The notes: generated by a model not told the origin, from the letters alone. 64,000 bases of DNA from an uncultured Gammaproteobacteria bacterium (GCA_963729605.1 CAVSNY010000002.1:1-64000), one strand, 5' to 3'; positions 51,686 through 61,501 are shown, numbered from the stretch's first letter. Made by a program: numbers and translations.

Positions 51686-52888
51686 TCAACTCGCGCTTAT
51701 ATAAACCTGTTTTTCCCAGGCGTGGGCGAGGGCCGCGCGCAGTTGCGCCGGGCCTACTTCGCGCAGGCGCGCCAGACGCTCCTCCAGGCTGGGGTGGTTT
51801 TGCAGGTAGATGCCTTCGCGGGCCAGGCGTTCCATGCTGGCCTCCGGGTCGTCGTCTTCGATGAGCAGGCCGGCCTCGACATAACGGCGGGTCATTTCCA
51901 GTTCATCGTGGCTCACGTCCTTCGCCAGCAATTCCGCCACGGTGTCTTCCACGCCTTGCCGGCACAGGTCGGCCTTTTGCGGGTCGCACGCGGTTTGGAT
52001 CAGCCACAGGCCGGTGTCGGAGTAAGGCTCGAGACGGGAGTGGATGCCGTAGACCAGGCCGCTGTTTTCACGCAGGGCTTGAAACAGGCGCGACGAGCCG
52101 CCGCCGCCCAGCAGGTGATTGGCCATCACCGCCGCGTAGTAATCGGGCGCAGTGGGCGTGGGGCAGGGCAGTAGCCACAATAACGGAGTTTGTTCGCCGC
52201 CGCCTTCCTCGACATAACGGCCGGGATGGAAGACCGGCGGCCGGGTCTCGGCCGGCGCGGCGGCGGGCAGGTCGGCCAGCTCTTGAGCGGCCGCCACCAG
52301 CGCGGCGTGATCGACTTCGCCCACCGCCACGATGTACAACCGTTCGCCGCTCAAGATGCCATTCAAATAACCGCGTATCCCGGCGGCGTCGGCCGCGGCC
52401 AGTTGTTCGCGTTCGCCCAGCACCGGCCGGCCCATGGGATGGTCGCGCCAGGCGCGGGCGATGCCGAGTTCCTCCAGCGCCTCTTCCGGGCTGTCCTCCA
52501 CCATGGCCATTTCCTGGAACACCACCTGTTTTTCCACGGCGAGGTCGGCGTCGGTGAAACGCGGCCGGCGCAGCATGGCGATGAATAAACGCAACAGCTC
52601 GGGCACATCGCCGGCGGGCACCAAGCCGTGATAGGCGGTGAGCTCGCGGCCGGTGAAGGCGTTGACCTGGCCGCCCATGGCGTCGAAGCGGCGGGCCAGG
52701 GCGGCGGCGTCGAGTTCGGCCGTGCCTTTGAACAGCAGGTGTTCCAAGAGGTGGGCGTAGCCGGATTCGTGGTCGGCCTCGTGGCGGGTGCCGTTGCGCA
52801 GCCACACGCCGAGGGCGGCGCTGTGGCGCTGGGGCAATTGACGGGTGATGACGCGGACGCCGTTGGGTAATTGGGTGCTTGCTATCAT
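51686..52888 (-). CDS. M16 (pitrilysin/MPP-like) peptidase
   Basis: LPNGVRV, GYAHLLEHLLFKGT (HxxEH), NAFT, SSRLFQALRE. Confidence 0.93.
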   Translation of the reverse strand: MIASTQLPNGVRVITRQLPQRHSAALGVWLRNGTRHEADHESGYAHLLEHLLFKGTAELDAAALARRFDAMGGQVNAFTGRELTAYHGLVPAGDVPELLRLFIAMLRRPRFTDADLAVEKQVVFQEMAMVEDSPEEALEELGIARAWRDHPMGRPVLGEREQLAAADAAGIRGYLNGILSGERLYIVAVGEVDHAALVAAAQELADLPAAAPAETRPPVFHPGRYVEEGGGEQTPLLWLLPCPTPTAPDYYAAVMANHLLGGGGSSRLFQALRENSGLVYGIHSRLEPYSDTGLWLIQTACDPQKADLCRQGVEDTVAELLAKDVSHDELEMTRRYVEAGLLIEDDDPEASMERLAREGIYLQNHPSLEERLARLREVGPAQLRAALAHAWEKQVYISAS

Positions 52889-53028
52889 GGACTGCTCGTT
52901 GCGGCGGGTTGAGTACGGCTGAAGCGGGTGTGAAGGTATTGTAGCGTGACGGAGGCCGCGCGCCACAGCGCGCGGCAGGTCTTTCTTGCTTATTCTCGAC
53001 AACGGATGATTTGACGAGGGATCGAACA

Positions 53029-53112
53029 GCTCCTTCCCTCTTGCAGGGGGGGCCCGGGATGGGGGTCGAGGTGGCGGAAATCGAGACCTTTGGCCCCCAC
53101 CCCGACCCACTC
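53029..53112. repeat. Degenerate inverted pair of GC-rich REP-like palindromes
   Basis: CTCCTTCCCTCTTGCAGGGGGGG..GGGATGGGGGT then CCCCCACCCCGACCC. Confidence 0.45.
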
Positions 53113-53244
53113 TTTGGAAGGATCGGCGTGTTCACCATGGCCAGCGAGTCCACCATCTCGATGACCGGTTTAATACGAGGAACCATGTCTCTCCGCCAAT
53201 CTCGATGGGACTTGGCATCATCGCGTTCGTGGAAAATTTCGTCC

Positions 53245-54048
53245 TCAACAGGACTTGACCGCCAATTTCGCGCGGAAGTCCTCGGTCGCGGCCCGCGCGG
53301 CGATGATCGCCGCCAGGTTTTGCACACAACCCTTGCCGAGCGGGATGTCGTAGGTGATGGTGGCGCCGTAGGCGTCCGGCGCCTGCAAGTCGCGGCGCAC
53401 CTTGTCGAAGGTCAACACCCGGGTGCCGAGTTCGAAGGCCTCTTTTATATCGTGGGTGACCATGAAGATCATCATCTGATTTTCCCGCCACAGATTCAAA
53501 ATCAGCTCGTGCATGTCGGCGCGGATGCCGGGGTCGAGGGCGCCGAAAGGTTCGTCGAGTAATAGAATCTTGGGTTCTTTCACCAGGGCCTGGGCGATGG
53601 AAAGGCGCTGCTGCATGCCGCCCGACAGCATGGCGGGATATTTGTGGCGCGCCTCGAACAGGCCGACCGCTTGCAGCGAGGCCTCCGCTTGGGCGATGGC
53701 GCGGCGCCGCGCGGCGCCGAACAAACGGCCGAGCAGCGGCGAGGCTTGCAGTTCCAGGCCGAGCAGCACATTGCCCAGCACGGTTAAATGCGGGAACACC
53801 GAATAACGCTGGAAGACGATGCCGCGATCGGGGCCCGGTTCCGCGGGCAGCGGTTTGCCGTTGAGCAGCAGTTCGCCGCGCGAGGGGGCTTCTTGCCCCA
53901 GCAATAAACGCAGAAAGGTGCTCTTGCCGCAACCGGAGGCGCCGACGATGGTGCAGAATTCCGGGCCGCTGACCTTGAGGTTGACCCGTTCGAGTATCGT
54001 CTGGCCTTGATATTCCTTCCAGAGATTTTTGATATGCAGCGTGTTCAT
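53245..54048 (-). CDS. ABC transporter ATP-binding protein (NitT/TauT family, guanidine uptake)
   Basis: GASGCGKST, LSGGMQQR, LLLDEPFGALD. Confidence 0.93.
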   Translation of the reverse strand: MNTLHIKNLWKEYQGQTILERVNLKVSGPEFCTIVGASGCGKSTFLRLLLGQEAPSRGELLLNGKPLPAEPGPDRGIVFQRYSVFPHLTVLGNVLLGLELQASPLLGRLFGAARRRAIAQAEASLQAVGLFEARHKYPAMLSGGMQQRLSIAQALVKEPKILLLDEPFGALDPGIRADMHELILNLWRENQMMIFMVTHDIKEAFELGTRVLTFDKVRRDLQAPDAYGATITYDIPLGKGCVQNLAAIIAARAATEDFRAKLAVKSC

Positions 54049-54050
54049 GC

Positions 54051-54863
54051 TCAGGTTTTCGGCGCCCACGGAAACAACCGGCGCGACAATACCCGCAGCA
54101 GATAATCCGACAAAAAGGCCAGCAGGGTGATCCACGCCACATAGGGCAGGATGGTGTCCATGGCCAGATACCGGCGCAACAAAAAGATCCGGTAACCGAG
54201 GCCGCTTTCGGCGGCGATGGCCTCGGCGGCGATCAGGAACAGCCAGGCCGAGCCCAGCGTTAAACGTACCGCGTTGAGCAAACGGGGCAGGATTTGCGGC
54301 AACACCACCCGCCAAATCACCTGCCAGGTGGAGGCGCCGAGCGTCTGCGCCTTGATGATTTGCTCGTGCGGTATATCGCCGACCCGCAGGTGCAGCTCAC
54401 GCATGATGCAGGGCGCCACGCCGAGCACGATCAGCATGATCTTCGATAATTCGCCCAAGCCGAAGATGATGAACAGGATCGGCAGGATGGCCAGCGGCGG
54501 GATCATCGACAACACCGCGATCAACGGCGACAGGCCGGCGTTGAAATAAGGAATCACGCCGGTGGCGATGCCGAACATCAGACCAAGCAGGGCGCTGATC
54601 GCCACCGCCAGCAGCAGGCGCTGCAAACTGGCGGCGGTGTCGGACCACAATTGAATTTCGCCGGTGCGGCGGTTGGGCTCAAACGCCGCTTGCACTATCG
54701 CTTCCTTGAGGCTGCCCAACGACGGCAGTAACTTGTCGTTGGGATTCTCCGCGAGACGCAGATCGGACGCGATGAGATACACGATGACGATGAGCAGGAA
54801 AGGCAGCGCGCTGAGGGACAGCGCGCTGAAACGTCCCGGTTGCTGATTGAGCAAACGCCGCAT
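54051..54863 (-). CDS. ABC transporter permease
   Basis: Multiple TM helices, KAQTLGAS loop, AAEAIAAESGLGYRI. Confidence 0.93.
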   Translation of the reverse strand: MRRLLNQQPGRFSALSLSALPFLLIVIVYLIASDLRLAENPNDKLLPSLGSLKEAIVQAAFEPNRRTGEIQLWSDTAASLQRLLLAVAISALLGLMFGIATGVIPYFNAGLSPLIAVLSMIPPLAILPILFIIFGLGELSKIMLIVLGVAPCIMRELHLRVGDIPHEQIIKAQTLGASTWQVIWRVVLPQILPRLLNAVRLTLGSAWLFLIAAEAIAAESGLGYRIFLLRRYLAMDTILPYVAWITLLAFLSDYLLRVLSRRLFPWAPKT

Positions 54864-54866
54864 GGT

Positions 54867-55946
54867 TTACAACTTGCCTTGCGCGGCCATGTCCATGTAA
54901 TCGGCGGTGAAGCGCAGCGTGGTGTTTTTGGTGTTGCCGAGCGTCTTGCCGCCGGGGAAACTCATGCCGACGTGATCGACACTGCGCGCGCCTTCGCCGA
55001 GGATGCCGTGCTCGAAGGAAAAGCGCCGCACTTGATCCATGGTCTTGATGAGCGCGGGGCTTTTAGCGAAGGTCACCGCGTCGGCCGGCGCGTAAAACAT
55101 CTTGGTGGTCGCCAATTGTTTTTCATAACCGGCGAGGTCGGTTCCCGACGCGACCCCCATGGCGGTGCGAGCCGCTTTGCCTTTGGCGTCGTTGCGCGAC
55201 ATGAGGGCCATGGTCTCGTACCACGCGCCGGCCAGCGCCTTGCCGAGCGCGGGGTTGGCGTTAAGCGTCTTGGTATTGACCACCAGCAGATCGATGATCT
55301 CGCCGGGAATATTGCTGGAGTCGAAGACTTTTACCGCGCCGGGCATGGCGGTCACTTCACTCAGTTGCGGATTCCAGGTCACCACCGCCTTGGTATCGGA
55401 CGCGGCGAACGCGGCGACGATGTCGGCATCCGAGGTGTTGATCACTTTGATGTCGCGTTCACTCAGCTTCACGCTTTCCAAGGCCCGCGCCAGCAGATAA
55501 TGCGAGACCGAGAGTTCCACTAGATTGACCGGCCGGCCTTTGATATCGGCCAGTCCCTTGGCCTTTTTCAAGACGATCCCGTCGTTGCCGTTGGAAAAAT
55601 CGCCGACGATGAGCGCGGTGGAATCGACGCCGCCCGCGGCGGGTATGGTCAGCATGTCCATATTGGTCATCACGCAGGCGTCGAAGGCGCCGGCGGTGTA
55701 TTGATTGATGGATTCGATATAGTCGTTGATCTGCACGACTTCGATCTCGATGCCGTATTTGTCCGCCCACTTTTTCACGATGCCCTGTTTCGCGGCGTAA
55801 TCCCACGGCATCCAGCCGACGTAAATCGACCAGGCGACGCGGTATTTATGCGCCGGAGCGGCTTGGGCGGTGGAACACACCACGGCCGCGCTCAAGGCGA
55901 GACTAAAAATAAAAAATTTGCTGAAGGTTTTGCTGAACGTTCGCAT
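54867..55946 (-). CDS. ABC substrate-binding protein ('putative urea' family, likely guanidine)
   Basis: Signal peptide, AWSIYVGWMPW, NDYIESINQY, DFSNGNDG; downstream of a guanidine-I riboswitch. Confidence 0.9.
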   Translation of the reverse strand: MRTFSKTFSKFFIFSLALSAAVVCSTAQAAPAHKYRVAWSIYVGWMPWDYAAKQGIVKKWADKYGIEIEVVQINDYIESINQYTAGAFDACVMTNMDMLTIPAAGGVDSTALIVGDFSNGNDGIVLKKAKGLADIKGRPVNLVELSVSHYLLARALESVKLSERDIKVINTSDADIVAAFAASDTKAVVTWNPQLSEVTAMPGAVKVFDSSNIPGEIIDLLVVNTKTLNANPALGKALAGAWYETMALMSRNDAKGKAARTAMGVASGTDLAGYEKQLATTKMFYAPADAVTFAKSPALIKTMDQVRRFSFEHGILGEGARSVDHVGMSFPGGKTLGNTKNTTLRFTADYMDMAAQGKL

Positions 55947-56062
55947 GGCACACCTCTATTATGTTATCGCTAGGGTCGCAGAGTTTGTGTGCCGGGGCGG
56001 GCGCGGTGCACGGACCTGTACGAGGCGGCCCGGCGGCTGCATTGAACGCAACACCGCGGCAC

Positions 56063-56168
56063 TCCTCCCGGGCTTTTGTCCCGCCGTGTATCCGGCCCTG
56101 TCAGGAGGCGGACTGCATCCCTCGGACCAGCCGCCCCGCCTTCGCGGGGCCGGAACCCTAGATGCTGG
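56063..56168 (-). ncRNA. Guanidine-I (ykkC-yxkD) riboswitch
   Basis: CTAGGGTTCCG...CTGGTCCGAG...ACACGGCGGGACAAAAGCCCGGGAG. Confidence 0.95.
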
Positions 56169-56177
56169 TTTGCACGG

Positions 56178-56193
56178 TGCAAGCGGTGTGCCG
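56178..56193 (-). promoter_or_regulatory. Sigma54 promoter of the ABC operon
   Basis: CGGCAC-ACCGC-TTGCA, about 12 nt before the riboswitch. Confidence 0.75.
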
Positions 56194-56357
56194 GTTCCAG
56201 CGCAATGCGGTCCGCGCAAAAACGGGGCGGGTGCCAAAAGGTGAAAAAGCGATCAGCCTATCGCGACTTGCGCGCAACGGGGTGGGCGCGGCGCTCGCGA
56301 TCATACGAAGCGGCGCGCCGTCTTGGCCCGCGGTCGCGGTGCGTGTTAGTGGTTTTA

Positions 56358-56405
56358 TGCGACAATATGGGGCGTTCACATCGTCTCATGATCCTTAATG
56401 GGGCA
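56358..56405. promoter_or_regulatory. Tandem NtrC-like enhancer sites
   Basis: TGCGACAATATGGGGCG and TGATCCTTAATGGGGCA, 31 bp apart, compared with consensus TGCACCA-N3-TGGTGCA. Confidence 0.5.
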
Positions 56406-56547
56406 ATTTTACAACCGTTCATTCGGAAGCCATTCCGGACGCGGCTGTTGGACGCGAGTGTCCGCGCCGCGCAAATCGTTTTGCGCATAACGTGTTTCAA
56501 CAAGCGGCTTTCGTGGACGGTGATAGTGCGGCCGGTTTCACTTGCAC

Positions 56548-56563
56548 TGGCATATCGCTTGCT
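56548..56563 (+). promoter_or_regulatory. Sigma54 promoter of the guanidine hydrolase gene
   Basis: TGGCAT-ATCGC-TTGCT. Confidence 0.8.
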
Positions 56564-56618
56564 CTATGTTTGGCGAGTCCGAGGGTCGCGGCCGTGTTGA
56601 AGCGGCGGCGCCTCGTTA

Positions 56619-56712
56619 TGACAACTAGGGTTCCGGTTCGGTGACGAATGCTGGTCCGAGGGTTGTCGGCCTCTATGGAGAGGTTACACGGCGGGATAAA
56701 AGCCCGGGAGAT
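56619..56712 (+). ncRNA. Guanidine-I (ykkC-yxkD) riboswitch
   Basis: CTAGGGTTCCG...CTGGTCCGAG...ACACGGCGGGATAAAAGCCCGGGAG. Confidence 0.95.
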
Positions 56713-56768
56713 TCGTCGGTCTCTCACGACTCTTATTCACGCGTTTAACCGAACGATGGAGGATCATC

Positions 56769-57959
56769 ATGTTTATCCAATCCCGTAAACACAGCGCTTT
56801 TAATGCCGGCGGCGCAAAACGCCGCCACCATCCCAGCTTCGATAAGACCCAGCTGCAAGGCTGGAAGATGATGCACAAGGAGGCCGAACTGCCGCACGCC
56901 GGCTGGGACGCCGAAGAAAAACGCTGCCTCGAACTCGGCCTGCAAGGCGCCGACAGTATTCAAGACAAATCCATCCCGACCTTCGCGCGCGGCGAGCTGC
57001 CGCATTTCGCCGGCATCAATACCTTCATGAAGGCGCCGTATATCGAAGACGTGAAGGATGTGGGCAAGTTCGACGTGGCGGTGATGGGCGTGCCCTTCGA
57101 CGGCGGCACGACGTATCGTCCCGGCACGCGCTTCGGACCCCAGGGCATACGCCGCATCTCGGCCCTGTACACGCCGTACAATTATGAAATCGGCGTGGAT
57201 CTCCGCGAGCAGATGTCGATGTGCGACATCGGCGACGTGTTCACCATCCCCGCCAATATCGAAAAGACCTTCGACCAAATATCGAAGGCGACCGCGCACG
57301 TCTTCGCCAGCGGCGCCATGCCGATCATTTTGGGCGGTGACCATTCGATCGGCTTCCCGACGGTGCGCGGCATCGCGAGCCAGACCGACAAGAAGATCGG
57401 CATCATTCATTTCGACCGGCACGCGGACATCCAAGAGAAAGACCTCGACGAGCGCATGCACACCACGCCGTGGTTCCATGCGACCAATCTGCCCAACGTG
57501 CCGGCGACCAATCTGGTGCAGATCGGCATCGGCGGCTGGCAGGTGCCGCGTCAGGCCGTCAAAGAGGCGCGCAAGCGCGACACCACCATCATCACGATGA
57601 ACGACGTCGAGAAGCTCGGCCTCGACAAGGTCGCCGAGATCGCGCTCGAGATGGCGTGGAAGGATTGCGACGCGGTGTATCTGAGTTTCGACATCGACTG
57701 CGTCGACGCCGGCTTCGTGCCCGGCACCGGCTGGCCCGAGCCGGGCGGATTTTTGCCGCGCGAAATTTTATATCTGCTCGGCCTGGTGGCGAAGGAAGGC
57801 ATCTGCGGCATGGAGGTCGTCGAGGTCTCGCCGCCCTACGACATCTCCGACATCACCTCGCTGATGGCGATGCGCGCCATTGTCGACGTGCTCGGCACGG
57901 TGGTGGCCCACGGCAAGATGGGTTCGCACCGCCACATCATCCGCGGCTGGGGCGCCTGA
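56769..57959 (+). CDS. gdmH: Guanidine hydrolase (arginase/agmatinase fold)
   Basis: GGDHS, DRHAD, SFDIDCVD, PGTGWPEPGG, and N-terminal IPTFARGELPHFAGINTF typical of GdmH; riboswitch upstream. Confidence 0.9.
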   Translation: MFIQSRKHSAFNAGGAKRRHHPSFDKTQLQGWKMMHKEAELPHAGWDAEEKRCLELGLQGADSIQDKSIPTFARGELPHFAGINTFMKAPYIEDVKDVGKFDVAVMGVPFDGGTTYRPGTRFGPQGIRRISALYTPYNYEIGVDLREQMSMCDIGDVFTIPANIEKTFDQISKATAHVFASGAMPIILGGDHSIGFPTVRGIASQTDKKIGIIHFDRHADIQEKDLDERMHTTPWFHATNLPNVPATNLVQIGIGGWQVPRQAVKEARKRDTTIITMNDVEKLGLDKVAEIALEMAWKDCDAVYLSFDIDCVDAGFVPGTGWPEPGGFLPREILYLLGLVAKEGICGMEVVEVSPPYDISDITSLMAMRAIVDVLGTVVAHGKMGSHRHIIRGWGA

Positions 57960-58415
57960 ACCGGAGGGCGGCGGCCGGCTTTCGGGCGCCGCCCTTTCCG
58001 TCTCTCCTTTCGCGGGCGGCCACGGTCGCGGGCGGGGCCGTATCATTCGGAGCCGCCGGTACCCTTCGGTATCATCCCGGCTGCGTCCCGCCGCTATCGT
58101 GACCTGTCTTTGATTTTAATAGGCTTTTGCAACAAACCGACTTCCCCTCTCATTCCTCCCGGACGACGGGCCTGGCCGGCCAAGCGCCTCCGTTCGGCGG
58201 CAAGGTCAACTTCGTCACGGTAACGTCCGTTACATTAAGGCGACGATATTCGCTGTTTACCGTAGATTTTGCCATCGGCGATCGCCGGCCCCGCCGCGAA
58301 TTTTTTGTTGAGCACCACAGGCAAAAAACCCAATATAACGGAGATAGGTTTAAAGGAATGCCGCCTATTCAGGGTGCCAGGTTGCTGGGCCGCGTGTTTT
58401 CGTGAAGGAGAAGGT

Positions 58416-61214
58416 TTGGACATCATTTTTCAGTTTTACGGGTTGTGGTTTTTATTGCCCGGTTTGCTGATTCTTGTTTGGCCCAAACACGAGAGCGAAT
58501 ACGGCCTTGCGAAGATTTTTTGGCTGCTCGGCGCCTTCGGCGTCACCCAGGGATTGATTGAATGGATGCAGGCGTGGCGTCAGGCGCAGGTCACCGCGCC
58601 CCTGTTGGATATCATCGAACCGTGGTTATTGTTGGCGTCCTGCCTCTTCCTGTTTGAGTTCGGCCGGCGTCTGCTGCGTTCTTGCCTGACCGCGGAGTCG
58701 CTGGCCGGGCTGCCGGGCCGGATTTTTTCTCCCTGGGTCTACGTGTTCTTATTGGGCGGCATCGCTTACGCCGGCCAGGCCGCGGACCGGAATCCCCACG
58801 AAACCTTATTGTGGGCGTACCGGCTTGCCGGATGGATCGGCGCGGTGTTGACCGGCAGCGGCTTCTTTTTGTATTGGCATCGCCGCCTAAAATTACCGGC
58901 CGACGATCCGGACTATCACCGCGTCAAAGCGGCCTTCCACATGCTCGCCGCCGCCTTTGTCGGCTATGGTGTGTGGGGCGGGCTCGCCGGAAGCGCCGGG
59001 TCAAGCCTCGCCGCCGCCGAGTTGGCCGGGCCGGCATTGTTCGAGGTGCTGCCCTTGTCGGCGCAGATCGCCATGGCTCTGGTCGCGGTTCTGTCCGCGG
59101 TGTCCATCGTTTATATCCTGCGGCTCTTCGACCATGAATCCCGCAAGCGCTTCCAGGTGCTGCGCGCCAGTTCGGAGCAACACGAGAAATCCCTGAGCCA
59201 CACCAGCCGCCATTATGAAGTCTTGCTCCACACCGCCAGCGACGGCATCCATGTGCTGAATCTCGACGGCGATATCGTCGAGGTCAACGAGGCCTTTTGC
59301 CGCATGCTCGGCTACACCCGCGAGCAAATGCTGGGCATGAACGTCGTCGATTGGGATACCCATTTTTCCCCAGCCGAACTCAAGGTGCGGATTCCGATGC
59401 TGATCGACAAACGCACGGTGTTCGAAACCAGCAACCGCCGCAGCGACGGCCGGATCATCGACGTCGAGATCAGCACGGTCGGCGTCACCATCGACGGCCA
59501 GACCTTGCTGTATTGTTCGTCGCGCGACATCACCGACCGCAAACATGTCGAAGAGCAGCTGCGATTGGTGGCGCGGGTGTTCGACCGCGCCGCGGAAGGG
59601 GTAATGATCACCGATGAAAACCAAACGATATTGACGGTGAACGACGCCTTCACCACGGTGACCGGTTATACGCGCGAAGAAGTGATAGGCCAGACCCCGG
59701 CCATCCTCCAGTCCGGTAAACAGGCGCCGGACTTTTACAAAAACATGTGGACGGACCTGCGGGCCAACGGCTGGTGGCAGGGTGAAATCTGGAACCGCCG
59801 CAAAAACGGCGAGCTGTATCTGGAGTGGCTGTCGATCAATTCCGTGGTCGATGAGGCGGGTCAGGTCATCAATTACATCGGCATGTTCAGCGACATCACC
59901 CTCATCAAGGAATCGCGGCAGCGCATGGAGTTTCTCGCCACCCACGACGAGTTGACCGATCTGCCCAATCGCACCCTCTTCAAAGATCATCTGCGCCTCG
60001 CCTTGGCGCGCGCGGCGCGCGCCGGCGGCCGCCTGGCGCTGTTGTTCGTCGATCTGGATAATTTCAAGATGATCAACGACACCCTCGGCCATCAAGAGGG
60101 CGATGCCTTGCTCAAACAGGTGGCGGTCCGTCTCAAGGGATGTATCCGCGAGGTGGACACGGTGGCCCGTTTGGGCGGCGACGAGTTCGTGGTCTTGCTG
60201 GAGATCGAACACCGCAACGACGCCGCCATCATGGCCAAACGGATACTCGAGGCCTTCTCCGCCAGTTTTATCCTGCAAGAGCAGGAATGCTACATCTCGC
60301 CCAGCATCGGCATCAGCCTGTTTCCCGAGGACGGACCCGATCCGCTGGTGCTGATGCGCCACGCCGATACCGCGATGTACCGCGCCAAGGAGCGCGGCAA
60401 GAATACCTTCATGTTCTTCACCGCCGACATGGCCGAACAGATCAGCCGCCGCATGACCATCGAAAACGCCCTGCGGCAGGGTTTGGCCAACCAGGAATTT
60501 TTTCTGGAATATCAGCCCCAGATCCGTTTGCGGGACAACGGCATGGCCGGCGTCGAGGCGCTGTTGCGCTGGCGTCATCACGGTGAGGTCCGATTGCCGC
60601 GGGAGTTTATCCAGATCGCCGAAGAGTCCGGACTGATCGTCGATATCGACGAATGGGTGCTCGACGAGGTGTGCCGGCAAATGCGGGTGTGGGACGAGTC
60701 GGGGCTGCCGCCGTTCTGGGTCAGCATCAATCTCTCGGCGCGCCACTTTCGCCGGCCGGATATCGTGGTCCGCCTCACCGGCATCGTCGCGGCCAGCCGC
60801 GTCTCGCCCGAACGCCTGTGCCTGGAAATCACCGAAGGCGTGTTGATGGACGTGGACAGTGCCAGCCACATGCTCAACAAACTCAACGAGGCGGGTTTTC
60901 GCATCAGCGTCGATGATTTCGGCACCGGCTTCTCCTCGCTGTCCTATCTCAAACGCCTGCCCATCCACGAGGTGAAGGTCGATCGCGGCTTCGTGGACGG
61001 CATCGCCAGCGACCCGGACGACCGCGCCATCACCACCGCCATCATCGCCATGGCCCGCGGCCTGGGCCTGCGCACCGTCGCCGAAGGCGTCGAAACCGAG
61101 GTGCAGGAGGCCGAACTGAAAAAGCTGCGCTGCGATATCGGTCAGGGTTATCTTTATTCCAGACCCTTGTCGGCGGCGATGTTGAAGGAATGGGTGCTGG
61201 AGCGCAGAAAATAA
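58416..61214 (+). CDS. Membrane sensor-PAS-PAS-GGDEF-EAL c-di-GMP enzyme
   Basis: About 6-7 TM helices, two PAS/PAC domains, HDELTDLPNR, RLGGDEF, EALLRW, DDFGTGFSSL; probable TTG start after AAGGAG. Confidence 0.92.
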   Translation: MDIIFQFYGLWFLLPGLLILVWPKHESEYGLAKIFWLLGAFGVTQGLIEWMQAWRQAQVTAPLLDIIEPWLLLASCLFLFEFGRRLLRSCLTAESLAGLPGRIFSPWVYVFLLGGIAYAGQAADRNPHETLLWAYRLAGWIGAVLTGSGFFLYWHRRLKLPADDPDYHRVKAAFHMLAAAFVGYGVWGGLAGSAGSSLAAAELAGPALFEVLPLSAQIAMALVAVLSAVSIVYILRLFDHESRKRFQVLRASSEQHEKSLSHTSRHYEVLLHTASDGIHVLNLDGDIVEVNEAFCRMLGYTREQMLGMNVVDWDTHFSPAELKVRIPMLIDKRTVFETSNRRSDGRIIDVEISTVGVTIDGQTLLYCSSRDITDRKHVEEQLRLVARVFDRAAEGVMITDENQTILTVNDAFTTVTGYTREEVIGQTPAILQSGKQAPDFYKNMWTDLRANGWWQGEIWNRRKNGELYLEWLSINSVVDEAGQVINYIGMFSDITLIKESRQRMEFLATHDELTDLPNRTLFKDHLRLALARAARAGGRLALLFVDLDNFKMINDTLGHQEGDALLKQVAVRLKGCIREVDTVARLGGDEFVVLLEIEHRNDAAIMAKRILEAFSASFILQEQECYISPSIGISLFPEDGPDPLVLMRHADTAMYRAKERGKNTFMFFTADMAEQISRRMTIENALRQGLANQEFFLEYQPQIRLRDNGMAGVEALLRWRHHGEVRLPREFIQIAEESGLIVDIDEWVLDEVCRQMRVWDESGLPPFWVSINLSARHFRRPDIVVRLTGIVAASRVSPERLCLEITEGVLMDVDSASHMLNKLNEAGFRISVDDFGTGFSSLSYLKRLPIHEVKVDRGFVDGIASDPDDRAITTAIIAMARGLGLRTVAEGVETEVQEAELKKLRCDIGQGYLYSRPLSAAMLKEWVLERRK

Positions 61215-61336
61215 TCGGGTCAGCCGCAGATGCGTGCGCCGGCTTTAAAAAACTTGCCGCTGCCACGGCGCCGCTGGCCCGCATCTTATAAACTCTCTCC
61301 GCATATCCATCGCCGCCCGACCTAAATGGCGATCAC

Positions 61337-61383
61337 CGCACCGTCGAAGTGCGGCCATTTTGCATACGCGCAATAATGAGGCG
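61337..61383. promoter_or_regulatory. Tandem NtrC-like enhancer sites upstream of ureD
   Basis: CGCACCGTCGAAGTGCG and CGCGCAATAATGAGGCG, 30 bp apart. Confidence 0.5.
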
Positions 61384-61501
61384 TAAGCTACGGTTCGTTT
61401 CGGATCGGGACGGCATGGAGATCGCGGGACACGGTGGAAAAAACCAGCGGGCATAAGTCGATTCCACGTGAGGGTGAGACGTTGGCGCGAGCGGATTTCA
61501 T

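Noticed and set aside
53100-53250. Protein-like stretch VEDEIFHER...MVPRIKPVIEMVDSLAMV downstream of the ABC ATPase
   Set aside because: No convincing start or family; may be a gene remnant but cannot be supported
56769-57959. Agmatinase (speB) call
   Set aside because: The riboswitch, importer context and GdmH-specific N-terminal and PGTGWPEPGG motifs favour guanidine hydrolase
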